Shown: positions 29,881-47,064 of the stretch, one piece after another
Layout of the letters: the number at the start of each line of letters is the position of its first letter
Numbering within the stretch: the first letter of the stretch is position 1
Source: the human T2T-CHM13v2.0 reference genome, Homo sapiens
Assembly: GCF_009914755.1 (NCBI RefSeq)
Contig: NC_060939.1
Reading direction: 5' to 3' (one strand)
Length of the DNA stretch: 64,000 nt
Notes under the pieces: generated by a model
Databases searched by the model: none
Told to the model about the DNA's origin: nothing
Seen by the model: the letters and a program-made list of their open reading frames with translations, nothing else
Position numbers and translations under genes: made by a program

Positions 29881-30432
29881 TAGCGCGGTTAAGCGCTGTT
29901 TAGCGTGTTAAGGCACTGCAGCAAGAATAAGCATGCTGGGTCCTGATTCTGAAAACCTCTCTTTAAGGCACTCAGGCCTTGCGGTTCTGTTTTCTCTACA
30001 CTCTCTGTGGTGCCTCTAGTACCGTGATTAAAAACAGTGGCCCCACAAACACGACCTCACCTTCAAATCCAACTCTGCCCCCTGCCGACTGACCTCCAGC
30101 ACACTGCTCACGTTATCCAAACTCGGGTGTCCCCACGTTAAAGGAGTGACTATAGTACTACCTGCCAAGACACTGTCGCAAGGACAGCCCAGAACACAAG
30201 ACGCACTCGAAAATGTCAGCTAAGTTTATTTTCCGCAGGATCAAACCTCACTCCTCCCACATAGGAGATGCCATCTTCTTGTTTTAAAGGCTTTATGACA
30301 AACAGGCATTCCTTTGAAGTTTAACAAATTCCTCCTGCCACCATGACAATGACGTCTAGCAACACATTCTCTGGTGAGAAAAAGGAAAGTTTAGAAAGAC
30401 ATTGTCAGTTGTCTCTTCCTAAGTGATATTTA

Positions 30433-31452
<1,020 letters not shown>

Positions 31453-31773
31453 TCAGATATGAGATGGAAAATGGCAGCCGACAGGACGTGGCTGATGAGG
31501 GAATAACCTGCTCAAAGCCTGGGACAGAAGGACTAGGAGGAAGAAATGTTGAAAGAGGGTTTCAAGGCATTTTCCAGGAGAGTATGATCTAAAGCATCTT
31601 CTCTATCTCCCCAGGTGAATGTTTGCTAGCGCTGCAGAGCCCCTCAGTCACTCAATCGGTGCAGACGGGTGGCAGAAACCACTGGAGTCATGTGAATGGG
31701 GACACTTTCCTATGAACAGTGGTTACACAGGCAAAGGCACCCGCCCCTAAAAGAAGTCAAAGACTTTTTTTCT

Positions 31774-32805
31774 GGAACCAAGATGGCCGAATAGGAACAG
31801 CTCCGGTCTACAGCTCCCAGCGTGAGCGACGCAGAAGACAGGTGATTTCTGCATTTCCATCTGAGGTACCGGGTTCATCTCACTAGGGAGTGCCAGACAG
31901 TGGGCGCAGGACAGTGGGTGCAGTGCGCCGTGCGCGAGCCGAAGCAGGGCGAGGCATTGCCTCACTCAGGAAGCACAAGGGGTCAAGGAGTTCCCTTTCC
32001 TAGTCAAAGAAAGGGGTGACAGACAGCACCTGGAAAATCGGGTCACTCCCACCCGAATACTGTGCTTTTCCGACGGGCTTAAAAAACGGCACACCAGGAG
32101 ATTATATCCTGCAACTGGCTTGGAGGGTCCTACGCCCACAGAGTCTCGCTGATTGCTAGCACAGCAGTCTGAGATCAAACTGCAAGGCGGCAGCGAGGCT
32201 AGGGGAGGGGCGCCCGCCATTGCCCAGGCTCGCTTAGGTAAACAAAGCAGCCAGGAAGCTCCAATTGGGTGGAGCCCACCACAGCTCAAGGAGGCCTGCC
32301 TGCCTGCCTCTGTAGGCTACACCTCTGGGGGCAGGGCACAGACAAACAAAAAGACAGCAGTAACCTCTGCAGACTTAAATGTCCCTGTCTGACAGCTTTG
32401 AGGACAGCAGTGGTTCTCCCAGCACACAGCTGGAGATCTGAGAACGGGCAGACTGCCTCCTCAAGTGGGTCCCTGACCCCTGACCCCCGAGCAGCCTAAC
32501 TGGGAGGCACCCCCAAGTAGGGGCAGACTGACACCTCACACGGCCGGGTACTCCTCTGAGACAAAACTTCCAGAGGAACGATCAGACAGCAGCATTCGCG
32601 GTTCACGAAAACCACTGTTCTGCAGACATCGCTGCTGATACCCAGGCAAACAGGGTCTGGAGTGGACCTCTAGCAAACTCCAACAGACCTGCAGCTGAGG
32701 GTCCTGTCTGTTAGAAGGAAAGCTAACAAACAGAAAGGACATCCACACCAAAACCCATCTGTACATCACCATCATCAAAGACCAAAAGTAGATAAAACCA
32801 CAAAG
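31774..32805. promoter_or_regulatory. L1 5' UTR with sense and antisense promoters; YY1 site caagatggccg at 31779-31789
   Basis: CpG-retaining primate L1 5' UTR. Promoter activity is known for the family and not demonstrated for this copy. Confidence 0.8.
31966..32220 (-). CDS. L1 ORF0 (open, 84 aa)
   Basis: MAGAPPLASLPPCSLISDCCASNQRDSVGVGPS... matches the primate L1 ORF0 N-terminus; ATG at 32220 on the minus strand. Confidence 0.7.
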   Translation of the reverse strand: MAGAPPLASLPPCSLISDCCASNQRDSVGVGPSKPVAGYNLLVCRFLSPSEKHSIRVGVTRFSRCCLSPLSLTRKGNSLTPCAS

Positions 32806-33817
32806 ATGGGGAAAAAACAGAGCAGAAAAACGGGAAACTCTAAAAAGCAGAGCACCTCTCCTCCTCCAAAGGATCGCAGTTCCTCACCAGCAATGGAACA
32901 AAGCTGGACGGAGAATGACTTTGACGAGTTGAGAGAAGAAAGCTTCAGACGATCAAACTACGAGCTACAGGAGGAAATTCAAACCGAAGGCAAAGAAGTT
33001 AAAAACTTTGAAAAAAATTTAGACGAATGTATAACTAGAATAACCAATACAGACAAGTGCTTAAAGGAGCAGATGGAGCTGAAAGCCAAGACTCGAGAAT
33101 TACGTGAAGAATGCAGAAGCCTCAGGAGCCGATGCAATCAACTGGAAGAAAGGGTATCAGCAATGGAAGATGAAATGAATGAAATGAAGCGAGAAGGGAA
33201 GTTTAGAGAAAAAAGAATAAAAAGAAATGAACAAAGCCTCCAAGAAATATGGGACTATGTGAAAAGACCAAATCTACGTCTGATTGGTGTACCTGAAAGT
33301 GACGGGGAGAATGGAACCAAGTTGGAAAACACTCTGCAGGATATTATCCAGGAGAACTTCCCCAATCTAGCAAGGCAGGCCAACGTTCAGATTCAGGAAA
33401 TACAGAGAACACCACAAAGATACTCCTCGAGAAGAGCACCTCCAAGACACATAATTGTCAGATTCACCAAAGTTGAAATGAAGGAAAAAATGTTAAGGGC
33501 AGCCAGAGAGAAAGGTCGGGTTACCCACAAAGCGAAGCCCATCAGACTAACAGCGGATCTCTCGGCAGAAACTGCAAGCCAGAAGAGAGTGCGGGCCAAT
33601 ATTCAACATTCTCAAAGAAAAGAATTTTCAACCCAGAATTTCATATCCAGCCAAACTAAGCTTCATAAGTGAAGGAGAAATAAAATACTTTACAGACAAG
33701 CAAATGCTGAGAGATTTTGTCACCACCAGGCCTGCCCTAAAAGAGCTCCTGAAGGAAGCACTAAACATGGAAAGGAACAACTGGTACCAGCCGCTGCAAA
33801 ATCATGCCAAAATGTAA
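32806..33817 (+). pseudogene. L1 ORF1p, frameshifted
   Basis: MGKKQSRKTGNSK...ADLSAET then leaves frame at ~33574 (gaaactgcaagcc vs consensus gaaactctacaagcc); the native stop is at 33815-33817. Confidence 0.92.
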
Positions 33818-33865
33818 AGACCATCCAGACTAGGAAGAAACTGCATCAACTAACGAGCAAAATAA

Positions 33866-37700
<3,835 letters not shown>

Positions 37701-38029
37701 ACAATAACACATGGACACAGGAAGGGGAACATCACACTCTGGGGACTGTTGTGGGGTGGGGGGAGGGGGGAGGGATAGCATTGGGAGATATACCTAATGC
37801 TAGATGACGAGTTAGTGGGTGCAGCACACCAGCATGTCACATGTATACATATGTAACTAACCTGCACATTGTCACATGTACCCTAAAACTTAAAGTATAA
37901 AAAAAAAAAAAAAAAAGAAGTCAAAGAGGGCTATCAGGTGTAACAGGCAACCATGTCAAGTGATTGCCAGCCCTGGGGCAGTGAGGAAAGGGCTGAGATT
38001 TTCCATTGTTTGATTTATTTCGAGAGAAC

Positions 38030-38915
38030 CTGTCATTGCTGAAGCATTTTTAATGGCAGATACTTTAGAGCCCTTGTCAGATAATTCCAACATCTGATAG
38101 TTGGGTCTTGGCAGCAGCTGATCGTGGTGCTCATGCTGGTGGTGATCTCTGCACTCTTGGAAGGATGGTGAGTTTTCAGTTGTTTGGTGGACGTTCTGCC
38201 TGTCATGTTAGGTGACCTGGGTCCCCTGTGACTCTTTTGCTTTAGAAGGCAGTGACCTGTTTAGGTTTGGCACATGGGTCCTGGCCCATCTTGCAGGCTG
38301 TGGTTCTACTGGCATCTAATTTCCAGAGTCGCTGCTGTGTTGTTCTCTCCTGCTTGGTTTCTCGGGGGTCCTTGTGGCTCTCAGGATCCCTCCTGATGCA
38401 GGCTGAGGGGCAGACGGAGTTTCCCCAGGCTCTGCCCTGAGTGTCTCCCAGTGGGGCCCAAGGCTCAGGCTGTCTGAAGAAGAGGCTTGGATCCCCTGCA
38501 GGTGCCCACCAACCAGATATTTCTGGGTGGGGAGGAGGGGCTGTCAGTACACAAGGAGGGGAGCCACCCTGGGGCCACTTATGCGGACAGGGCTTCAGGT
38601 CCCTCCTCCGTCAGGTGGCGTCAGGCTGGCCTGGTATTGCCAGAGGGCCCTGTTCCATCAGAGCGGGAGCAAGCCTAGCTGGCTGCCATGGGTGCTAGGC
38701 TGGGGTCACCTTCTGTTGGTCTTGGGGCCATAAAGCACCCTGTTGCTGTGCCTTCCTTCTCCCCCTGGGGTCCCAAAACCAGCCCGCCTTCCTCTGAACA
38801 CCTTTCGGAGTTCTGGTTGCCTCTGAGCCTGGTTTCTGGTTGTGCTTTGAGCAGCAGGGAGGGGCCTGCCCATCTAATTGGGACCAGCAGTGAGAGGGGG
38901 TTTCTGTGTCCCTGA
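38030..38915 (-). mobile_element. Old L1M 5'-region fragment (antisense)
   Basis: cccttgtcagataattccaacatctga motif followed by GC-rich 5' UTR-like sequence. Confidence 0.45.
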
Positions 38916-39369
38916 GGAGAAGGATGCAGTGTGAGGGGAAGGTGGGCTGTCTGGAAATGCTTGTGGAATGAAGGAAGTGTTCAGGTACTGGAGAGATGCA
39001 GGTGCGGCTTGTGGATAGAGGCTGCCTAACTTAGGGAACTACCTCGCTGTAGGTGTGTTTGGGGAAAGTGAGTTTCCTGGATACTGATGGGTACAGACCA
39101 CAATCAGCCTCCTGTGGTCTCCCAGGATTTGGCTCAGTGGCTACAACACATCATTGCACACTTGAATACGGCGAGACCTGAATGCCTTTAGCCCAAGACC
39201 CTTTTATTACCTTTCCTTTATGCATCCTATAATTTGAACTATTGTCTCCACCAAATTATTCCTTCCCAGCATTTCTGGAGAAAGAAATGTAATGAAATAT
39301 TATTCAGTAAAATCCCACAGTAAACAAGAACACACAGTGCTAACTTAGTCCTGGTGTTCATCAGTTATT

Positions 39370-40260
<891 letters not shown>

Positions 40261-41008
40261 CTTATAGGATTCATAGGCTAATTTCCAGAGCTCTTTTGAA
40301 ATTGGTAAAATAGTTTACATTTTCCACCTTACCTGGCCACCAGGCTCCTGATGGCATAATGTCAGGATTAAACCTTAGGATTTAAAGTCTATGATTCTGG
40401 AACACTCAGGATTTTAACTTTCCAGCTCAGGACATCCTTGCATTTTTTTATGATGTCTGGTTAAGACTAGCAGTGACTTCATGAAGGTGGAAATCATGCA
40501 TTCTTCATTCATTAATCTGATGATTTCACTACTGACAAATGAAAATTACCCAGGCCTTTCAACTTCCCTTCCCAGCTCTCCTGCTGTTTGACCAAAAGAC
40601 ACACATTCTACTGATTTTCAATGACTATTTATCTGCATTGAAAGAACATTTTTCAGAAAACAGAAAGAGACATTATAATGGGTATTTACCACTGGTATAT
40701 TCATAGAACGGCCCCAAAATTGTTAACTTCACATGCATATTAGCATAAAACAAAATAATAAATAGGTAAAATTTACTTTAAATTTCTGTTTACAGATTTT
40801 TAGCAAAATGGCACGGAAAGGGGCTTCCAAGCCAGAAAGCCTTGGCACATCAGGTGAGCCTTTGACACACTGCCTGAGCAGCCTACGGGCTGTCCCATCT
40901 GGAACTGGTGCTAGAGTTAGGGAAGCTTCAGGAAGAGACCGTGGGATCTACGCAGCTGTTCTGTTTTTCCTTCCTGAGAGTGTGAGGCCGGGAGGAGACA
41001 TCATCTGA

Positions 41009-41305
<297 letters not shown>

Positions 41306-42989
41306 CTGATTGTGCACTTTCTACAAGTGCAAGACCCGGCCCTCCTGGACTTCATGGTTGTGGTCTGTGCTCTTTGTATATCACAAATTTGAAGGCCTTT
41401 AGCCTAAGACCCTTTTATTACCTTTCCTTTATGCATCTTATAATTTGAAATATCTCCACCAAATTATTGTGTAATTATATAATTGCCACTTTAACTACTT
41501 CACAAGTCAATAAATTTAAAAAGCCTTTAAGTGTGTATTTTTGATATGATAAAATTGTGATAGGGTTCTGGAAACTGTGTTCTTCAGATTTGGTGGAGGG
41601 GCTTGGGAAAAGGTAGGGCAATAGGTATTTTTTAAAAAGAAAGAAACTAAAAAACTTAAGTTGTTTATTTGAAATTCAAAATTGTCACTGCGTATCCAGT
41701 GTTATCTGCCCACCTGAGAGGAGGTAGAGTGGGAAGGTGATCACAAAAGAACCCGAAAAGCTGGGCAGGGGAAAGGGGTGTTCTGCATTAAGGAAGGCTT
41801 GCTCTGTAATAGGATCCAAAGTGTGTGATTCCTGACTGCCCTGCAAGTGGCTTGGAGGCTTTGGGCATCTCTCTTGGAAAATAGAAACTTCATGGATGGC
41901 TAAAAGAGACATGATAACAGTGTACATGGCAGAAGATCCTCTGCTGATGGGTTCTAGAGAGTCACTGATTCCTTAGGAAGATCTAGTTACAGGCAAGAGC
42001 CTTGAATAATCATGAGTCTGGGCCAGTCAAAGGAGGCAAATGCCCCACCTGGGAAAGGTGGCTCTCTCTAATCCAGGTGGTGTTCTGGAAGAAAAGGGAA
42101 ATAAAAGGCCTGTGTCCTGCTTCTCCACCCGGAGGACTCTGCTCAGCCCTTAGGTCTTCTGAAGGGCTCTCCTGGAAGCCTACTGCAGCTGCAGGCCTGC
42201 AGCACCAGTTGCGGATAAGGGAAGATGGAGGTTGACAGAGGGGCCTGCCTCCTCTTACTTTCCCTGCCCTGGCCTGAGTCCTGTGGTTCGTGACTGTGCT
42301 GTCTTTAGTGGGAGCTTGCCAAGCCCAGCAGTGTCCTGGTGTGGATGAGAAATTACACACTCATCCTATTCTTAGCTCAGGGGCTTCTGTGCATTGAACT
42401 GGTTGCATCAGCTTCATTTTTACTGCAAAACCACCCTTTACAATAGGTCGGAAGTATGATTCTGGCAGACAAAGTGAGGACAAGAGGACAAATGGGGCCA
42501 AAAGGAAGCAAGGTTGGGATAGTGGGTGGAGTGACTTCTAGGGATTGGGAGGAAAGTCCCTACCCTTCCCTCCATGGGTCTCCTGACCTGAGCAGGCTCT
42601 GGGAGGACAGGGCTGCTCGAGCCACCCTGAGAACCTCCCAGGCTGAGAGGATTCCAGGACGCCCACTCTGGAGATACTGAGACCAGCTCTGGGGAACACG
42701 GTGCCAGCTTGAGTGCACCCTGGGCCTGCAGCATGGAGAAGAATTTAGCATCCCAAGCCCCCACCCCTGAGATGCTTCAGGTGGGGCAAAGTGGCTGCAG
42801 CAGCCTAAACTTTAGGTTGTCAGAGTGATACGGAGCTGCACAAGGCCAGGCACTGAGTGAGTGCCCTGAAAGTGCTGGTGGGGGAAATATGTGAGTTCAA
42901 ACTACCCTTGAAATTTCAGATACTTGTCATCTGTAAATTATGAAAACGTGCTCCTTACTTTCTTAGCAATAGTGTTGCTTTTACATATA

Positions 42990-43472
42990 CGTGCATTCCT
43001 CTCCTGTGGCTACTGTAAAAGTTACCACGAACTCGGTGGCTTCAAACAGTGGGAATGTATAGTTCTGGTGGTCAGAAGTCTAAACTGAGTCTTATGGGAA
43101 CAAAACCGAGGTGTCTGCAGGGCAGGGCTGGTTCTAACTGAGGCTCTAGGGAGAATCGCTTCCTTGCCTTTTCAGCTTCCAGAGCCGCCTGCGTCCCGTG
43201 GCTCCTGGCCCCTTCCTTGCATCACATCACCTTCCCCCCGACTGTGTCATCACACTGCCTTTCCCTACTGTCATCAAGTCCCCTGTGCCTTTCTCTTATA
43301 GGAAAATTTATGATTACATTTAGGGCCCGCCTGGATGGCCCAAGATAATCTCCCCAACTCAAAGTTCTTAATCACATCTGCAGAATCCCTTTTGCCTTCC
43401 AAGTCACCGTATCACAGGTTCCAGGGACCAGATGGTGGAGGTCCTGGGGGGCCACTATTCAGTGGACCACAC
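42990..43472. mobile_element. MLT1C/D-type MaLR LTR
   Basis: ttaccacgaactcggtggctt...aggctctagggagaatcgcttccttgcc...aatcacatctgcagaatcccttttgcc. Confidence 0.75.
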
Positions 43473-43659
43473 TGCCCTTTTCTCAGATTGAACTGGTGGC
43501 CTTGTCTGTCCCTCTTCCCCGACAGGTAAAGGGATTCAGGGTCTCTGCTCTTCACGACGTCATCCATAGAGAGTCTCTCTCATATACATCTAAGGTGATC
43601 TTCAAAATAACCCACGAACCAGGGATCATTTACAAATGGGAAATTGGGAAGAAAACTAA

Positions 43660-43945
43660 CATTTACAGAGTTAAATAATTCAAATTTTAGTTAAACACTG
43701 CTATATACAGCCCCATTATTGCTTCATTTGACCCTCCTGCCATCTGGGAAGTATCTGTTTTTACTCCTATTTTGAAAGTAGAAAACCTGAAATAGTGAGG
43801 TCATGTAATTGATCTAACACTGCAGGTCTTGGAAATTAGAAAACCTGAAATTAGTGAGGTCATGTAATTGATCTAAGACAGCAGAGCCAGAAGTAAAGGC
43901 ACTGAAGTTTAAAGCAGACCTGTGATTTCCAACCCTTAGCTCTTC
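43660..43945. mobile_element. MIR-like fragment with internal tandem duplication
   Basis: ctcctattttgaaagtagaaaacctgaa...gaggtcatgtaattgatctaag resembles a diverged MIR core. Confidence 0.5.
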
Positions 43946-44248
43946 CCTGTCCCATTTTCCCCTGTCCATCACTCCCTCTGCACAGTCCTGCAATGGTCTG
44001 AGAATGGTGGCCAGTGCTGCAGGAGACCCATGGGTGTGCCTTTGGGGTGTGCATTGACAGTTTTCTTTGAATGCTTCTAGAACCACAAAATATCAGGGCA
44101 GAAAGGCATCTCAGAGAAAACCTACCCCAAATAACTTTTCAAACTTCAATGCACAGAACTATCTGGCTGCTTATAAAAAAACAAGAGTCTGTAAGCCCCA
44201 TTCCCAGAAATTTTAATTTAATAGGTCTGCACTTGAGGCCCAGGCAGG

Positions 44249-44572
44249 TTTTTTTTGTTTGTTTGTTTGTTTGTTTTTTGTTTTTTGTTTTTTTTTTTTT
44301 GAGATGGAATCTTGCTCCATTGCCCAGGCTGGAGTACAGTGGTGCGATCTCAGCTCACTGAAACCTCTGCCTCTAGGTTCAAGTGATTCTCCCACCTCAG
44401 CCCCCCGAGTAGCTGGGACTGTACAGGTGCATGCTACCATACCCGGCTAACTTTTTGTATTTTTAATACAGACGGGGTTTCACTGTGTTAGCCAGGATGG
44501 TCTCGATCTCCTGACCTCGTGATTCACCCTCCCAAAGTGCTGGGATTACAGGTATGAGTTATCCGCCTGGCG
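44249..44572 (-). mobile_element. Alu
   Basis: Antisense Alu with mixed T/TTTG tail. Confidence 0.92.
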
Positions 44573-44642
44573 CATCTACATTTTTAACATGCCCCAAAGC
44601 TAGTTTTGAAACAATTTAACAGGAAAGAAAGGGTGAGAGGGG

Positions 44643-44982
44643 TGCATTTGTCCTTTCTCACACTGCTGTAAACATATTACCTGAGACTGGGTAATTTATA
44701 AACGAAAGGGGTTTAATTGACTCACCGTTCCACATGGCTGGGGAGGCCTCAGGAAACTTACAATTATGCAGAAGGCAAAGGGGAAGTAAGCACCTTCTTC
44801 ACAAGGCAGCAAGAGAGAGAGAGCACAGGGGAAACTGCCATTTTTAAAATCAGATCTCATGAGAACTCACTCACTATCACAAGAACAGCATTGGAAGTGA
44901 TCCAATCACCTCCCTCCCTCGACATGTGGGGATTACGATTTGAGATGAGATTTGGGTGAGGACACAGAGTCAAACCATATCA
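44643..44982. mobile_element. MSTA/THE1-type MaLR LTR
   Basis: cctgagactgggtaatttata...ggctggggaggcctcaggaaacttacaat...gggacacagagtcaaaccatatca. Confidence 0.82.
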
Positions 44983-46743
44983 AGGGGTAATACATTTTCT
45001 CTAGAATGTAGCATTAGCCTTTCTTTTTGAGGAACATGTTTGTGTGTTATGGAAGTTAATCACGGTGGGCCACATCATTGGAAAACAGCAAATACTGCTT
45101 TCTGGTTTTTGGCCGATTAGGTCAGGTGAAGAAGTTTGGCAATCTGGCTCTGATTTGTGTGAGAGATACCAGTGAAAGGTGGATTTCATATTGTGAGATG
45201 AAACATCTGGAGAGGACTAGAGTCTAACTTGTGCATCAGCTGGAAAGAAAGACTGAGGGGTCATGGGAACTTGCACATTACGATCCATGTAACTGCACTT
45301 GCCAGAATGTAGGATCAATCTGCTGCTGAAGAATATCCTAAATCAGAGAGTAGATAGGAACCAGAGGCCGTAAACTCACCAGAGATGTTAGTGCGGCCTT
45401 GAGGTTAACTGCTGCTTGGAACACAGAGACGTGATGCACTGAAACTAAATCTGGGCTGAGGGAAAGCATGTCCACACCAGGTGCCCAGACATCTGGTTGG
45501 CTTTGGCTGATTTGTCCTGCAGGCACCTGCCTTGTCTGGATTTGCACACTTTCCAAGTTGCCCATTACCCTGTGCATTTCCCAAGCTGCCTTCCCTGGCT
45601 CTGATGTACGATGAACCTGCTTGAGTGGCATATTTATCATAGTGCAATCAAGAGGCATGAGCCATGATTGATGACATATCATAAATGGGAATATGCGTAT
45701 CATCACACTGGGATCTGACTTAGCAGTTCATTTGGCCTTACTATAAGCTGATTTCTTGAAAGAGCTCAGATTCCTGGCTCAGAATGCCTTTGATAGAAGA
45801 GTGTGTTCTCAATGGAAGGGAAGCAATAGTTATAATTTTTTCTCAGTGGACCAGTTCTCAAGTGAAGGCAGAATTTTAACCAGTGTTCAGCGTCTTCCAT
45901 TAAAATCCCCAGCTCTCCATTTTTCAGTGTGAAAAAATCCAGGCCAGGGTTTCTGCAGACAGTAATTTTTGATGGCAGGGTCAGCAAATTGGACTAAGTG
46001 TATGTACTGTGATCTCCATAAAAGGGAATTACTGAATTTTCTGTCCACTTAGCAGCGTCTTTTGTTAATGATGGGCAAGAAGCTTGTATTATTTATGGAG
46101 CACTTTGACATCTCAGCAGTTTATGGAGTATATATGAAGAATGGGCGCACTTTATCTTCTAATAAAATGTTGCATAACAACTTTAGTACTGAACTTTTTT
46201 AAAGAAGGAATCATGGATTATCCTGCAGCCAAGTATTAACAGAAAGGACATACTGTGATCTCACATTCAAACTACTTCAAAGATAAGGAGATTTATTTTG
46301 CCCATTACAATTTTCTCCCAGAGCAAATAACCATTTTTATTAAAATGCTGTAAGTTCATCCAGGTAGGATTTGGGTGAAGATAATTTGGGACAAGCCACT
46401 GTGTACTGGTAATGAAAACAGAAATGAATTCAAGCTTCTAATGGAAAAGTGGCAAGCAAATAAATTAATCTCCAGGTTATTCAATTTTAGAAAGTGATAT
46501 AAGATGTAAGATATAACTAAAAACTGAAAAGGAAAGTTAAAACAGTCTCCAGGTTTCCATATGGATGATTTGTAATTAAAATGATACTGGAGGGGAGTCC
46601 AGGACACATCTGAATATCGAGCTTTGCCCACAACCTTTCTGATTGCTGTTTCTTAGGTGTTTACTGCAGTGCTTCTTTCTCCATTTCTGCATAAGTGTGG
46701 ACAAAATTCACATGTGCCTATTACTAGTATAAAGGGCACACAC

Positions 46744-46851
46744 GGCCAGGCGTGGTGGCTCATGCCTGTAATCCCAGCACTTTTGGAGGCTGAGGAGGGG
46801 GAATCAGGAGATCGAGACCATCCTGGCTAACACGGTGAAACTCTGTCTCTA

Positions 46852-46888
<37 letters not shown>

Positions 46889-47064
46889 AGCCCGGCGTGG
46901 TGGCGGGCGCCTGTAGTCCTAGCTACTCAAGAGGCTGAGGCAGGAGAATGGCGTGAACCCGGGAGGCAGAGCTTGCAGTGAGCCAAGATCCCGCCATCGC
47001 ACTCCAGCCTGGGCGACACAGTGAGACTCTGTCTCAAAAAATATAAATAAATAAAATAAAATAA
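46744..47064 (+). mobile_element. AluY with 33-nt poly(A) linker
   Basis: TSD ataaagggcacacac; A run at 46854-46886. Confidence 0.94.

Noticed and set aside
37741-37775. G-quadruplex-like G tract
   Set aside because: Standard feature of primate L1 3' UTRs, also present at ~51400; not locus-specific.
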